A stretch of DNA of 64,000 nt from an uncultured Dehalococcoidia bacterium (GCA_964565775.1 CAZMGB010000003.1:30079-94078), one strand, 5' to 3'. Counted from the stretch's first letter, positions 1-10,309 are shown. The notes: generated by a model not told the origin, from the letters alone. Translations and numbers: made by a program.

Positions 1-660
1 CGCAAGGTGAAGAACATCAAGGTACCCCAGCACGTCATCCGGCCCTTCTCCGGAGATGACATCGCCCGACTGTTGGGCAGCTGCCAAGCCTCGAACTTCA
101 AGGGCGGCCGCGACCGCGCCATCATCTTCACTTTGCTGGACACAGGCCTGCGCGTCGGCGAGCTTACAGCCCTCGAACTGGCCGACCTCGACTTTGAAAC
201 CCAGCGCCTTCACGTCCGCCACGGCAAGGGGAACAAGGGACGCGTCGTCCGCTTCGGGGAACAGGCCAAGGAGGCGATTGAGCAGTATCTCCGGGAACAT
301 AGGGGGACGGAGCCCGGGCCCCTCTTCCTGACCTGTCGCCGGCAGCCCCTCTGCACCAACGCCGTCCGCACCATCTTCCGGGACCTGAGCCACAAGGCCG
401 GCGTCGATCACGTGCACCCCCACCGCTTCCGCCACACCTTCGCGACCTGGGCCATCGAGATGCATGCCCGCGAGATAGACGTTCAGTACCTGCTGGGCCA
501 CTCGACCCCCGCCATGGTCCGTCGCTACACTGCCACCTATGACGCCGAGAAGGCGGCCAGGGCGCACGCGATGTTCAGCCCAGCCGACCACCTGGAGGAA
601 CGGCTGGCTGAGAGCCCGGAGACGCCGCCCGCTCTGGCCCGGTATCCGGAAGCCCGTTAG
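1..660 (+). CDS. Tyrosine recombinase / phage-type integrase, C-terminal catalytic domain (5' end outside window)
   Basis: Frame is open from nt 1. Catalytic-domain motifs are present: R..HxxR ('HRFRHTFATW'), 'LLGH', and the Tyr in 'VRRYTATY'. 'RPFSGDDIARLL' is the typical start of the catalytic domain. The N-terminal SAM-like domain is missing, so the gene is cut by the window. Confidence 0.85.
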   Translation, partial: RKVKNIKVPQHVIRPFSGDDIARLLGSCQASNFKGGRDRAIIFTLLDTGLRVGELTALELADLDFETQRLHVRHGKGNKGRVVRFGEQAKEAIEQYLREHRGTEPGPLFLTCRRQPLCTNAVRTIFRDLSHKAGVDHVHPHRFRHTFATWAIEMHAREIDVQYLLGHSTPAMVRRYTATYDAEKAARAHAMFSPADHLEERLAESPETPPALARYPEAR

Positions 661-711
661 AGCCGCGGTCCCCGAATCTAGCGCCCACGTGGGCCGAACC
701 TAACGGCGTGC

Positions 712-756
712 CTTTTAATCCGGGTGTCCTGGGTTCGAGCCCCAGAGGGCCCACCA
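712..756 (+). repeat. 45-nt tRNA 3'-half-like direct repeat, copy 1 (att-like): anticodon-loop-like CUUUUAA, variable loop, T-arm CTGGG-TTCGAGC-CCCAG, acceptor 3' strand AGGGCCC-A-CCA
   Basis: Perfect 45/45 identity with 40648-40692 (read directly). The sequence folds as the 3' half of a tRNA (a Lys-UUU-like loop through the CCA end). The 5' flank here is not tRNA-like. It lies 52 nt downstream of the integrase stop. Confidence 0.8.
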
Positions 757-786
757 AACCAGCCTTTTCGAATCTGATTTCGGGGG

Positions 787-812
787 AGGAGCGCATAGCA
801 AGCGCTCCTTTT
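787..812 (+). terminator. Intrinsic-terminator-like hairpin (8-bp stem AGGAGCGC/GCGCTCCT, 7-nt loop) followed by TTTT
   Basis: Perfect inverted repeat with a downstream T-run on the + strand, after the integrase/att repeat. Confidence 0.45.
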
Positions 813-920
813 CGGCTTTGAAGACGACCGGATTTCTTCGTCGATGCCGAAGGGGCAATACCAGTCCTCCAGTCTCCTTGCCCGGCAGACCGAGACGCCG
901 AAAGGAGGCACACGTCATCA

Positions 921-1310
921 TGGCTGTTCGGAGGATCGGTTGGCGCGAGATGGAGAAGAGCGACATCCCCTTCGGCAAGCTGCGCGACGCCTTCGTCGTC
1001 TACAACAAGACCACCGGCAAGTCCCCCAACACCATCCGCTGGTACGAGGAGCGCCTGGAGCTGTTCGAGCGGTTCGTTGGGCCCAGGGCCACCCTGGCGG
1101 ACGTGGCGGTACCCAACGTCCGCGCTTACATCGCCCACCTTCAGGACCGGAAGACGAGGTACGAGAACAACCACTTCATCCGCAACAAGGAGGGGGCGCT
1201 ATCGAGCTCCTACATTCAGGGGTTCGCACGTGCCCTCCGGGCCTTCGCCACCTGGCTCCACGAGGACGGCTGCACCGACACCAACGTCCTGAAGCCCCTG
1301 AAGCCGCCGT
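921..1310 (+). pseudogene. Integrase N-terminal SAM-like domain fragment (truncated; no catalytic domain follows)
   Basis: 'TIRWYEERLELFERFVG...VRAYIAHLQDRK...YIQGFARALRAFATWLHEDGC' matches the phage-integrase N-terminal SAM-like domain. Similarity ends at '...LKPLKPP', directly abutting the 3' end of the convergent cytochrome gene. The missing continuation would resemble the start of the 1-660 fragment ('KVKNIKVPQ...'). Confidence 0.6.
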
Positions 1311-1320
1311 GCACGGGGGG

Positions 1321-2961
1321 TCAGCCTTCGTCTTTCGGCTCGAGACTTGTCGGAGTTGCCTCCACGGGGCTCTCCTTTATCTCGTCCGGGGGCAGGTTGT
1401 AGTGACAGAAGTCGCAGCCCATCTCCGGGACCAAGTCGTGGCCGAGCCCCCGCGGCTGCTGGTCCCACACGTCCGGGGAGTGGCACTTCAGGCACCCCGA
1501 CTCGCCGATGGCGCCGGTCAGCCTCTCTCCGGTGTCGGCGCTCACCAGCGTGCCGTGACAGCGGAAGCAGCCGGGCTCCTGCCTCATCGGTCCCAGATGG
1601 CCCTCGTTGTTGGGGTAGGTGCGCCAGGTCGTATTCACGTTTGGGTAGATGACCAGCTTGGAGATGCGCTTGAGCTCGCTGATAGCCTGCTCTATTGACT
1701 CTTGCCGCGTCTCCGAGATTTCGGGGTAGTTCCGCCAGTAGAAGTCCTTGAGCTGGTCGAACCAGCCGTCATCCCACTCCTCGGCGAGCACCCTGGCGTC
1801 GGGGTTCGGATCGCGGGCGGACAGGAGGCGAAGAGACTCCCTCTTCAGGTAGGGAAGGCTCTGATCCAGACGTCCAGCGGTCAGCGCCTCATCGATGAGC
1901 TGCTCAGGAGAGGGGATCTCGTGCCCAGCCCGGTTGTGGCAGTCTATACAGTCCATCAGCCGAGCTTCCCTGAGCTCTGCGTCTGGGTCGAGATCCGGGT
2001 TCGTCCATTCGCGCGTCCCCTCCGGCCCTTCTACGCGCACCCAGCCGATGGTCTGGCGCTTTTCGTCCGCAGCGCGATACCAAAGCCGGGCGGCGGTGTG
2101 CCAGTGCACGCCGCGAGGCTCATCGCTCCCAGTCCCGACGCGGAAGGCAAGCGCGCGTATCCGCATAGTGTTCTGCTCATCCGGGAGGTACTCCCGATAG
2201 ACCCGCAGTCGCAGCCCGTAGGTGCGTTCCCGCCAGTGGCAATCCTCGCACGTCTCACGGGCGGGCCGAAGGTCCTCGATGGGGGCTGGAATGGGGCGAG
2301 GATACGTGTCCAACGTCACGGCGAGCACCTGCCTCAGTCCGGAGAGCTTCGACCGAACGTACCAGCTCGCTCCCGGTCCGATGTGGCAGGTGGTACAGGG
2401 CACGCGAGCGTGGGGGGAGAGCTTGTAGGCCGTGTATTCGGGCTCCATGACCCTGTGACAGACGTCGCCACAGAACCCAGGAGAGTCCATGAATTCCACA
2501 GCCCGATAGCCGCTCGCGCCGAGCACTCCCAAGATGACGGCGGTGCTCAGACCGAAGAGGAAGATACCTCGCACGTGCCGGGGGTTGCCCAGGTCGATCT
2601 GGAGTGCCGGCGGAATCCCCTTGCCCCGGCGGGCCGCTGTCGCCCGGCGTCGGGCTTCCCACGCCATGCCAGCCGGAATCAGGAGCAGCCCGGCCACCAG
2701 CATGGCTGGCAGTACAAGGAAGGCCAGAGACCCGACGTACACATTGGGACGCACCTGGAGCACCTGCAGCCCCAGGACAAAGCACAGCGCTCCAAGGCCC
2801 ACGAGGGCCAGAAGCGCTCCCAGGTAGCTGACGGGGTTTCGCGCCAGGCTGCCGATGCCGTTCCGCCCCTCGACGCGGTGGGGACGCCCCTCCTCGGCCG
2901 GCGGCGGCTGGCCGCGGAGCGATCTACGGGGCCAGTATCGTCTTCGACGCATTCTCGACAA
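1321..2961 (-). CDS. Membrane-anchored heptahaem c-type cytochrome (NapC/NirT/NrfH-like N-terminal anchor)
   Basis: Seven CXXCH motifs (CGDVCH, CTTCH, CEDCH, CIDCH, CFRCH, CLKCH, CDFCH). Two to three N-terminal transmembrane helices. Arg-rich N-terminus. Confidence 0.75.
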   Translation of the reverse strand: MSRMRRRRYWPRRSLRGQPPPAEEGRPHRVEGRNGIGSLARNPVSYLGALLALVGLGALCFVLGLQVLQVRPNVYVGSLAFLVLPAMLVAGLLLIPAGMAWEARRRATAARRGKGIPPALQIDLGNPRHVRGIFLFGLSTAVILGVLGASGYRAVEFMDSPGFCGDVCHRVMEPEYTAYKLSPHARVPCTTCHIGPGASWYVRSKLSGLRQVLAVTLDTYPRPIPAPIEDLRPARETCEDCHWRERTYGLRLRVYREYLPDEQNTMRIRALAFRVGTGSDEPRGVHWHTAARLWYRAADEKRQTIGWVRVEGPEGTREWTNPDLDPDAELREARLMDCIDCHNRAGHEIPSPEQLIDEALTAGRLDQSLPYLKRESLRLLSARDPNPDARVLAEEWDDGWFDQLKDFYWRNYPEISETRQESIEQAISELKRISKLVIYPNVNTTWRTYPNNEGHLGPMRQEPGCFRCHGTLVSADTGERLTGAIGESGCLKCHSPDVWDQQPRGLGHDLVPEMGCDFCHYNLPPDEIKESPVEATPTSLEPKDEG

Positions 2962-2975
2962 TGCCTCTCCGCACC

Positions 2976-3212
2976 CTACCGCCGCGTACTTGTCCGCGAA
3001 GGGTGAGGAGCCCCCTTGCTCAGCCGGCGGTACCGGCGAGAAGGACGCCTATGTGCCTGAACCATCTCGCGTCGGTCGGCCTCGAAAGCGCCGTTGGCCT
3101 CGCCCTCTGCTCGCGGCCTGCGGTTGATGATAAACTGAGCGAGCAGGTAGGCGACGACGAAGAGGAACGCGGCGACGGCGATAAGGATGGTCAAGAGGAG
3201 AGCTGTCTGCAT
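2976..3212 (-). CDS. Small membrane protein (one N-terminal TM helix), hypothetical
   Basis: Hydrophobic N-terminus 'LLLTILIAVAAFLFVVAYLLAQFII'. Immediately upstream of the heptahaem cytochrome on the same strand. A GC-bias artefact cannot be excluded. Confidence 0.3.
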   Translation of the reverse strand: MQTALLLTILIAVAAFLFVVAYLLAQFIINRRPRAEGEANGAFEADRREMVQAHRRPSRRYRRLSKGAPHPSRTSTRR

Positions 3213-3252
3213 TATTCAGCACCACTCAGCTCGGCTGCTCTTGGGCGCGCGC

Positions 3253-4155
3253 GTGAGGCGAGCGCTCCTGGCCGCCGGCCTGCTGATGCTCGTGGCGACT
3301 GCAGCGTCGGCGGCTCTGGCGCAAACGCCGCGCTCCCAGGCCCAGGAGACCCCTCGGCTGGCGAGCCTCGAAATCGCCATCTGGCCGGAGTACGACCGTC
3401 CGGAAGTCCTCGTCCTGCTGCGCGGCGAACTGGCCGCTGATGTCCCGCTGCCGACCACGGTGTCCGTCAGCATCCCAGCCTCCTCCGGCGGGCCCTCAGC
3501 GGTGGCTTCCGCAGCCACGGCAGACAGCGGCCTCCTCACCAGAGACTATGAGGTCACCGAGACCGGAGACTCGCTCCTGCTGACGCTCACCACGCCCGAT
3601 CCTCTTTTCCATGTGGAATTCTATGACCTGCTGCCCACTGACACGCCGGACCGGACGTACACATACACGTGGCCCGGAGACCTGGCGACAGATAGTCTGA
3701 CCGTGCAGGTTCAGGAGCCCCTGGGCGCCACCGGCCTTTCGGTGGAGCCGGAACTGGGGCCCGGCACCCTTGAGATCGATGGACTCGTCTACCGCGGCGC
3801 CGATATGGGTGCGTTTGAGGCCGGGCAGACCCTCACGATAACGGTGCGTTACCGCAAGACGGACCCGCGCACGTCGGTCGAGATCCTCGCCGCCGAGGAG
3901 GCAGACTCGGGCGGCGGAGTCCCCTCCTGGCTGCCGCCGGTGAGTATCGCCGTGCTTGCCGTTGTGGCCGTGGCGGCGGTCCTCTACTGGCGCTCCAGGC
4001 GCCAGCCGGTGCCGGCTTCGCAGGAGCCCGCGCGAGGCAGCCGCAGGCCAAGAGGCACGTCCGCCGCGCAGGCCTTCTGCACGCAGTGCGGCCACCGGCT
4101 CGCCGAGAGCGACCGCTTCTGCGCCCGCTGCGGCAACAAGGTACGGGGGGCCTGA
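3253..4155 (+). CDS. Secreted/membrane protein with signal peptide, one TM helix and a C-terminal cytoplasmic zinc ribbon (CTQCGH...CARCGN)
   Basis: Signal-peptide-like 'RRALLAAGLLMLVATAASAALA|QTP' (a GTG start at 3253 is assumed; the ORF track starts at 3187). TM helix 'IAVLAVVAVAAVLYW'. C-terminal CxxC...CxxC. Confidence 0.5.
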   Translation: MRRALLAAGLLMLVATAASAALAQTPRSQAQETPRLASLEIAIWPEYDRPEVLVLLRGELAADVPLPTTVSVSIPASSGGPSAVASAATADSGLLTRDYEVTETGDSLLLTLTTPDPLFHVEFYDLLPTDTPDRTYTYTWPGDLATDSLTVQVQEPLGATGLSVEPELGPGTLEIDGLVYRGADMGAFEAGQTLTITVRYRKTDPRTSVEILAAEEADSGGGVPSWLPPVSIAVLAVVAVAAVLYWRSRRQPVPASQEPARGSRRPRGTSAAQAFCTQCGHRLAESDRFCARCGNKVRGA

Positions 4156-4549
4156 CGCCCGCCCTCTGGGCACGATTCTCCTCCTTGGGATTCTGCCTTC
4201 TTCGAACCGCATCGTCCTCTTTCACTCTGCCGCGCCACGCACAAGCCAGCATCCTGCGATGGGTGCATTTCCCCCTGCGCCGAACGATGCATTCGCCGCC
4301 GACCGGCAGGCGGGGCGTCCCAAGCCGACACGCGTCACCAACTGACCGGCACGCAAATGTATCTTCAGGCCGACCCAGATGCGCCGATCGCAGGATGAAC
4401 ACCCGCCGCCCGCGAAGGGATAGTGTCCACAGTAGAGACTGCCCTCGCCCTCGAAGGAGACAGTCTCGGACGCAGACGAGAATCCTCGAAAGCGATACGG
4501 CACAGAGGTTCCCCGCGACCCGGAGCGGCGTTGAGGCAGGAGTACAGCC

Positions 4550-4918
4550 ATGGCAGCCAAGAGGATCGCCGTCCTGTACAGGAATTCGCTCCTCGCTCAG
4601 GGACTGGAGGCGGCGCTTCGCAAAGCGGACGAGGCGGAAGTGCACGGACTGGATCTGGACGCCCCCGACGCCGTGGACCGTCTGGAGGCCCTGGCGCCTT
4701 TTGCCGTCGTGGTTGACCCGCAGGAACTCCGGGGCGAGTCCTGGGCCGGGCTTCTCGGTCTGTTGCAGAACGGTCCGCTTGTCTGCGTCGTCTCGCTCCG
4801 GCCGGGAGAGGACGCGGTCGACATCCTGCGAAAAGGGCGGGTGGAAGTAGCCAGGGCCCGCGACGTGCTGGGGGCCCTCTTCGGCCTGCGGGAGGGGGAA
4901 GTGGCGGTGGGCGAATAG
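4550..4918 (+). CDS. Stand-alone atypical receiver-like (REC) domain protein
   Basis: About 120 aa with an (alpha/beta)5 receiver-like pattern. 'VVVD' is the putative phospho-acceptor, but the N-terminal acidic pair is replaced ('YRNS'). Paralogue of 22094-22447. Confidence 0.45.
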   Translation: MAAKRIAVLYRNSLLAQGLEAALRKADEAEVHGLDLDAPDAVDRLEALAPFAVVVDPQELRGESWAGLLGLLQNGPLVCVVSLRPGEDAVDILRKGRVEVARARDVLGALFGLREGEVAVGE

Positions 4919-4935
4919 GAGAGGCGAGTGCGCAG

Positions 4936-5178
4936 ATGCCCATGCCCTTTCCCTTCATCCTTTCCTGGTTGATTATCGGGGCCGGCCTGTTTCTAGCGTT
5001 CGAGGCCACCCTCGACCCGCGGCTTCGCGGTTCAGCGGCGGCGGTTCTGGGGCATGCCCTTCCCCTCGGGAGACGGCGCTCCCTGGCGGAGGCTTTCGCC
5101 GCAGGCGTGCTGCTGGCGGTCGGGTTCGTGCTAATGGCGAGCGGCGGCTTCCTGCTGCGAGGCGCCATACCATGGTAG
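4936..5178 (+). CDS. Small membrane protein (2 TM), hypothetical
   Basis: Two hydrophobic helices. Directly precedes the pentahaem cytochrome gene. Confidence 0.35.
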   Translation: MPMPFPFILSWLIIGAGLFLAFEATLDPRLRGSAAAVLGHALPLGRRRSLAEAFAAGVLLAVGFVLMASGGFLLRGAIPW

Positions 5179-5981
5179 ACGTGTCCGGAAGGTGGCTAAG
5201 CCTTCTTCGTGGCCGGGCGATCCCGCCAGTCGTCGGCATCACTGTCGCCGCCGGTGTCCTTCTCGCGGGTGCAGGCCTGCTGGCACTGCTGGCCTTCTGG
5301 TCCGCCTCCCCTGCGGCAGCCCAGGCACCCCCCGAAGTGGCCCAAGATAGCGGAGAGGAAGAGCGAACGGCACAAGATGAGGCGGGAGACTTCAATTCGT
5401 TCTGCTTCATCTGCCACAGCGAGCCCGACTTCGAGACGACGCTGGCCAGCGGCGAGACGCTGCCGCTCTACGTGGATCGAGACGCCTTTGAGGCGTCCAC
5501 CCACGGCAACCTGGAATGCATCGCCTGCCACTCGGACCAGTTCACCATCCCCCACTGGCCACTCGCTGTGGAGGATCGCCGTTCCTTCTCATTGGAGAGG
5601 GTGCGACCCTGCGAGGTCTGTCATGAGGAGGCCACGGAGTCCTACGAGGACAGCATCCACGGGATAACGGTCAGACTGGGACTGAATCGAGCCGCCGCCT
5701 GCGCGGACTGCCACACCAACCACGAGGTGCAGCATCCCGAGGAGTGGTCCAATGAGGAGCGCGCCCAGCGCTGCCAGCAGTGTCACAAGGGTGCCGACGC
5801 CAACTTCGCGAGCGGCTGGCTCGGCCATCGCGAGCCCTCGCCCTCCTGGTTCCCGATAGCCTTCTACGCGGAACGACTCCTCATCATCTTGACCGCCGGC
5901 GCCCTGGGGTTCGGGATCATTCACGTGGAACTGGAACTCATGCGGTGGGCGATCGACAGGTTCTGGAGGAAGAGAAGGTAG
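5172..5981 (+). CDS. Pentahaem c-type cytochrome with N- and C-terminal TM helices (partner of the downstream cytochrome b)
   Basis: Five CXXCH motifs (CFICH, CIACH, CEVCH, CADCH, CQQCH). The C-terminal 'FASGWLGHREPSPSWFPIAFYAERLLIILTAG' is homologous to the C-terminus of the 11196-12434 cytochrome. Confidence 0.8.
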   Translation: MVDVSGRWLSLLRGRAIPPVVGITVAAGVLLAGAGLLALLAFWSASPAAAQAPPEVAQDSGEEERTAQDEAGDFNSFCFICHSEPDFETTLASGETLPLYVDRDAFEASTHGNLECIACHSDQFTIPHWPLAVEDRRSFSLERVRPCEVCHEEATESYEDSIHGITVRLGLNRAAACADCHTNHEVQHPEEWSNEERAQRCQQCHKGADANFASGWLGHREPSPSWFPIAFYAERLLIILTAGALGFGIIHVELELMRWAIDRFWRKRR

Positions 5982-5984
5982 ACG

Positions 5985-6998
5985 ATGTGGCCCCGGTGGC
6001 GGCCAAGACGGGGCAGGCCGGCTCGTAGCGGCTCTGCCAGGACGGCGACGGCAAGGCGCCAGACTGCCGGCGGTGCGCTGAAGCGCACGCCCGCGCGGCG
6101 GAGCGCGGTCGGCGGGGCTCGCGTGGCTACGTCGGCGATGGAGCGGGCCGTACGAGCGCCGGCGCGGCCCGCCGTGCGCGCCGCGCGGCCCAAGGCACCA
6201 CGGCCGGCGCCCGAACCACGGCACATCGTTCGCTTCGACGGCCATCAGCGGCTCCAGCACCTGGTCATGCTCTCCGCGTTCGTTGTCTGCGCCGTCACCG
6301 GCCTGCCTCAGAAGTTCCCCGATGTGGCAGCGAGCCGCTGGTGGGTGGAGTCGCTGGGCGGCATTGACAATGTACGCACGATCCACCACTGGGCCGCGTA
6401 CGTGATGCTGGCAGACTGCGCGTATCACATCTTCTACCTGATGTTCCGCGTCGGCGTACAGGGACGCTTGGATGCCCTCCGCATGATCCCAACGCCGAAA
6501 GACTTCGAGGACGCCGCCAACATGTTCCTCTACTATCTGGGCGCCAGGGAGGACAAACCGAGGTTCGATCGCTTCACATATCTGGAGAAGTTCGATTACT
6601 GGGCAGTGTTCTGGGGGATCGCAATGATCGGCGGCTCCGGGCTGGTACTGTTGTTCCCGGTGACCGCTACCCGCTTCCTGCCCGGGCAATTCCTTCCCAC
6701 GGCACACGCTATCCATAGCGACGAAGCGATGCTGGCTGTCGGCTGGATCGTGATCGCCCATATCTTCTATGTCCACCTATCCCCTCGGTCATTCCCCATC
6801 AACACCTCCATGTTCAGCGGACGGGTGCGCCGCGAGACCTACCGGGAGGAGCACCCCCTCGAGTACGAGCGGCTGGTCGAGAAGCGCCGGCGCGCGGCGC
6901 TAGGTGCGGCAGGCGGCGGCGAGCTCTGCGGTCCGGTCCTGTCAGACGCGGCGCCTCACCCCGAGACCCGCCACGGCACCGGGTCGGCGCTCGGCTGA
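5985..6998 (+). CDS. Dihaem cytochrome b, FdnI/HydC (Ni/Fe-hydrogenase b-type cytochrome) family; putative quinol-oxidising subunit
   Basis: Four TM helices with conserved His residues. 'RFTYLEKFDYWAVFW' and the C-terminal 'FSGRVRRETYREEHPLEY' resemble FdnI 'KYNAGQKMMFW' and 'EGKVSRRWAKKHHPRWY'. Arg-rich N-terminus. The start could be later (for example M at 6136). Confidence 0.8.
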   Translation: MWPRWRPRRGRPARSGSARTATARRQTAGGALKRTPARRSAVGGARVATSAMERAVRAPARPAVRAARPKAPRPAPEPRHIVRFDGHQRLQHLVMLSAFVVCAVTGLPQKFPDVAASRWWVESLGGIDNVRTIHHWAAYVMLADCAYHIFYLMFRVGVQGRLDALRMIPTPKDFEDAANMFLYYLGAREDKPRFDRFTYLEKFDYWAVFWGIAMIGGSGLVLLFPVTATRFLPGQFLPTAHAIHSDEAMLAVGWIVIAHIFYVHLSPRSFPINTSMFSGRVRRETYREEHPLEYERLVEKRRRAALGAAGGGELCGPVLSDAAPHPETRHGTGSALG

Positions 6999-7026
6999 GT
7001 GCGCTGCCGCCGCAAAGGGGACATGG

Positions 7027-7052
7027 AACTGCCCCTCTCCCGAGGGGCAGTT
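7027..7052. terminator. Bidirectional terminator-like hairpin (11-bp perfect stem AACTGCCCCTC/GAGGGGCAGTT, 4-nt loop) between convergent genes
   Basis: Perfect inverted repeat read directly. Located between the + strand cytochrome b stop (6998) and the - strand ORF stop (7099). Confidence 0.4.
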
Positions 7053-7098
7053 GAAGTGATCTCGACGCCCGCGCCGAGTGCGCCTGACGGCCACAAGC

Positions 7099-7383
7099 CT
7101 AGCGAACACCCACCGAACGGACCATCGCCGCCGCAGCCCGCTGCATCCTGCGGGCCGCGAACTGGGCCAGCAACACCGGCACGGCGATGGGCAGGAACAG
7201 CACGTACCCAAGCCCCATGAGGGGCCCGACCACAAGCATGAGAAGTGGGTGGACCCGCACGTGCTCGCCCTCGACCGCGGGCAGAACCCCGCCCTCGTCG
7301 CCGAAGACGACATAGTCACCCGAGTAGAGGTTCCAGTACTTCCCTCCGCGCACCCGCTCTCCAGCGTGATACCGCTTGAACAT
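7099..7383 (-). CDS. Hypothetical small protein with C-terminal TM helix ('MFKRYHAGERVRGGKYWNLYSGDYVVFGDEGG...')
   Basis: ORF with a plausible ATG (MFKRYH). No family recognised. Confidence 0.35.
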   Translation of the reverse strand: MFKRYHAGERVRGGKYWNLYSGDYVVFGDEGGVLPAVEGEHVRVHPLLMLVVGPLMGLGYVLFLPIAVPVLLAQFAARRMQRAAAAMVRSVGVR

Positions 7384-7752
7384 GGCCCGTGATCCTTCTG
7401 CCCTGTTGAGCCTCATTCCCGACTCTAGTCTAGCGCTAGATGCAGCCGTTGCCTATAGGTACTTCGCCCGGGAATGTGAAGGATCAACTACCTGCCCGGA
7501 GGAGGCCGAGAATGGCCGGCAGGCGCCACGGAGGCTCCGTCAAGCCAGCGTCGCCGTGCTCGCGATCAGGGTGGGGAAGGAACTCACAGCCAGAGGCGCG
7601 CCTCAGAGCCTCGCTGGAGGTACCGGGGGAAGGCTTGAGTCAGTTTCGAGGACCTGCGCCCATGGCGCCGACACGATTATCCGCTCGGGGGAAAGAGACA
7701 ATTGCCTCGTAGGCGGAGCGCAAAGCACCCTCCTCGCGCAAGTGGGAGTGTT

Positions 7753-8403
7753 CTACTCTGTCACCTCGACAAGGCCGTGCCGGATGGCGTACTTGACGAG
7801 CTCAGTCCTGTTGTGGATGCCGAGCTTCTCCATCAGGTTGGCTCGGTGGCCCATGACGGTCCTGGCGCTCAGGACGAGGAGCTCAGCGATCTCCTTGTTG
7901 GTGTGTCCCTCCGCGACCAAACGGAGCACCTGCTTCTCTCGGTCAGACAAGGTCTCATACGGGTCCTCAGGGATCTGCTCCTGCGCGAGGTAGCGGTCGA
8001 GCACCGTCCTGGCCACAGTCGGGTAGAGGAAGGACCCGCCCGCGTGCACCGCGCGTATGGCAGACACCAGGTCGGCGGGGTCTCCGTGCTTCAGCATGTA
8101 GCCCGCTGCCCCGGCCTTCAGGATCGGAAAGACGTACTCCCGGTTGTCGTACTGGGTGAGGATGAGGACATTGCACTCCGGGTGCAGCTTTCGGATCTCG
8201 AGGGTGGCCTCCAGGCCTCCCAGGCAGCGCATGGCGATGTCCATGAGAACCACATCCGGCTGCAGTTCCGCTACCTTGTCGATAGCCTCACGGCCGTCCG
8301 CAGCCTCGCCTACCACCTCGATGTCCTCGTAGGCACTGAGGAGGACACGGATGCCCTCCCGGAACATCGTGTGGTCATCGACCAGAAGCACTCTAATAGC
8401 CAT
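7753..8403 (-). CDS. NarL/FixJ-family response regulator (REC + LuxR-type HTH)
   Basis: '[15 protein letters not shown]', 'VVLMDIAM', and a C-terminal 'LSDREKQVLRLVAEGHTNKEIAELLVLSARTV' HTH. Confidence 0.9.
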   Translation of the reverse strand: MAIRVLLVDDHTMFREGIRVLLSAYEDIEVVGEAADGREAIDKVAELQPDVVLMDIAMRCLGGLEATLEIRKLHPECNVLILTQYDNREYVFPILKAGAAGYMLKHGDPADLVSAIRAVHAGGSFLYPTVARTVLDRYLAQEQIPEDPYETLSDREKQVLRLVAEGHTNKEIAELLVLSARTVMGHRANLMEKLGIHNRTELVKYAIRHGLVEVTE

Positions 8404-8404
8404 C

Positions 8405-10309
8405 TTAGGTCTCTCCTTCCGCTTGGATCGGCACCTCAACGCTGATCGTGGTACCGCCGCCTGGCGCCGAATCGATGTTCAGGCTCCCGTCAAGCAGGGC
8501 GATCCGCTCCCGCATGCCCAGAAGCCCAAGACCGCGCGTGCTATCGGCGTTGCGCTCCACGGCCGCCACGTCGAAGCCCTTGCCATCGTCCTCAACCTCG
8601 ACTCGCAGTACGGCGTCCTCAAAGGAGAGGCTGATGGCCGTGTTCTCGGCCTCCGCGTGGCGAGCGACGTTTGTAAGAGCCTCCTGAGTCACTCTGAAGA
8701 CTGCCGTCTCGATCTGGGAAGGCAGGCGCCGCTCCGTGCCCTCCGTCTCCAGGTGGACCCGGGTGCCCACTGGCCCCAGGCGGCTCTCGGCGTACCAGCG
8801 CACTGCTGCCACCAGGCCAAGGTCGTCCAGCACCGACGGCCGGAGGTCGAAGATGAGGCGATGGACGTTGTCGAGAAGGCCGCGAGCCACCGTCTCCAGG
8901 TCGTGTAGCTTGTCCACCAGCCCGGCCTCCGAGGCAGGCACGGCCTGGGAAGCCGTCTTGAGGGAGAGGATGAGGGCGGTGAGGGCCTGGCTGGTCTCAT
9001 CGTGCAACTCACGGGCCATCCGTCGCCGCTCCTCCTCCTGAGCGCCGATGACCTTTCGCAGAAGCTCGCTGCGGAGGGCTTCCTTCTGCTGTAGCTCCTC
9101 GTAGAGGCGCAGGTTCTCCGTGCTTGTCGCCTCCAAACGGTTGCGGGATTCCTCAAGCTCCTTAGTGCGTTCCCGGACCCGCCCCTCCAACTCGCGGTTC
9201 CAGTGGCGGATGCGAGCCAGAGAAGCCCGCAGCCGCAAACGCATGGTATCCAGCGCCTCGCCGAGGCGCCCCACCTCTTCCTCTCCTGAAATCGGGATAG
9301 CCTCACTCAGTCGACCGGCGGCGATCTTCTGAGCGGCGTCGGTGAGCACCCCCACCGGGCGAACCACGCTCTGGGCCAACGCCCAGGCCAGGAGCGGGCC
9401 GACCACCACTATGATCACCCCAATGACGACGAAACGGACGCGGAGGCTCTGCACCGGGCCAAGAATGTCCGTCTTCCCCTCCCAGAGCACCAGGTTCCAG
9501 GGAGCGGTGCGCATGGGGACAAAGGCCATGATCTCCTCTTCCCTCGTACGAGACGCCGGCGGCTCACGGCAGTTGCGGCAACTGCTCACGGTCGCCTCAC
9601 CAGCGTCCACGAGACTGCTGAGCCGGCTCCCCGAGTCCACCCGTGTCAGAAGATCCTCAGGCACGGTGCTGGCGAGGGTGACCCCCTGGGAGTCTATGAT
9701 CTGGATATCGCCGGCAGCCTCTCCGAGGCCGGTGGCCGTGGCCATGCGCTGTAGATCGGAGTTGAGGAGGTCAACGTCGCCGCCAATCACGGCGGCGATG
9801 GAGCCGCTGGCGTCGCGGATGGGAAGTGCCGCCGAGACTACCATGCGGCCGTTCGCCGGGTCCTGGTAGACGTCCGAAACAATGGGCTTGCCGCTGTCCA
9901 GTGCTTCCGTTACGTGAGGCATTGAGGAATACTGGGCGCGCTCCCCTTCAGCCAGCGGCGGCTCCCTCCAGATGAGCACACCGTCGTGGTTCAGCAGATA
10001 GACACCTCCGGTGAACATGGTCGAGAAGTAGGCCTGCTGCAACGCCGCCTTCTCCGGCCCCAGGTCGTCGTCTTCGAGATTCACGTCGGGGAGGAAAGCG
10101 ACTTGTTGTAGCGAGCTAAGGTTCTGCTCGAGGACGTGCTCCGTTTGGGCTGCCAGCGCCTGGGCCAGAGCCAGCCGCCCGTCGAGCTGCCGCTCGGTGC
10201 TGTCCCGCACCGCCAGGTATGCCGACAGGCTGAATGCGGCCAGGGTGACGATCGTGCCCAAGCCAACCAGCGTCAGCATTCGTACTGAGAGACCCTTTCT
10301 GCGCAGCAT
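8405..10309 (-). CDS. Sensor histidine kinase (TM - periplasmic sensor domain with CxxC - TM - HAMP - HisKA_3 - HATPase_c)
   Basis: H-box '[22 protein letters not shown]' (HisKA_3). ATPase motifs '[11 protein letters not shown]'. Two TM segments flank a ~270-aa extracytoplasmic domain that contains 'CRNC'. Start taken at M18 (the ORF-track start at 10360 overlaps the cyt b gene). Confidence 0.85.
   Translation of the reverse strand: MLRRKGLSVRMLTLVGLGTIVTLAAFSLSAYLAVRDSTERQLDGRLALAQALAAQTEHVLEQNLSSLQQVAFLPDVNLEDDDLGPEKAALQQAYFSTMFTGGVYLLNHDGVLIWREPPLAEGERAQYSSMPHVTEALDSGKPIVSDVYQDPANGRMVVSAALPIRDASGSIAAVIGGDVDLLNSDLQRMATATGLGEAAGDIQIIDSQGVTLASTVPEDLLTRVDSGSRLSSLVDAGEATVSSCRNCREPPASRTREEEIMAFVPMRTAPWNLVLWEGKTDILGPVQSLRVRFVVIGVIIVVVGPLLAWALAQSVVRPVGVLTDAAQKIAAGRLSEAIPISGEEEVGRLGEALDTMRLRLRASLARIRHWNRELEGRVRERTKELEESRNRLEATSTENLRLYEELQQKEALRSELLRKVIGAQEEERRRMARELHDETSQALTALILSLKTASQAVPASEAGLVDKLHDLETVARGLLDNVHRLIFDLRPSVLDDLGLVAAVRWYAESRLGPVGTRVHLETEGTERRLPSQIETAVFRVTQEALTNVARHAEAENTAISLSFEDAVLRVEVEDDGKGFDVAAVERNADSTRGLGLLGMRERIALLDGSLNIDSAPGGGTTISVEVPIQAEGET

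Noticed and set aside
1321-2961. Calling the heptahaem protein NrfA (nitrite reductase) or a hydroxylamine oxidoreductase
   Set aside because: No CXXCK active-site motif is present and the protein lacks the NrfA length and fold pattern. The multi-TM N-terminus fits a NapC/NrfH-like quinol dehydrogenase or electron-transfer protein instead.
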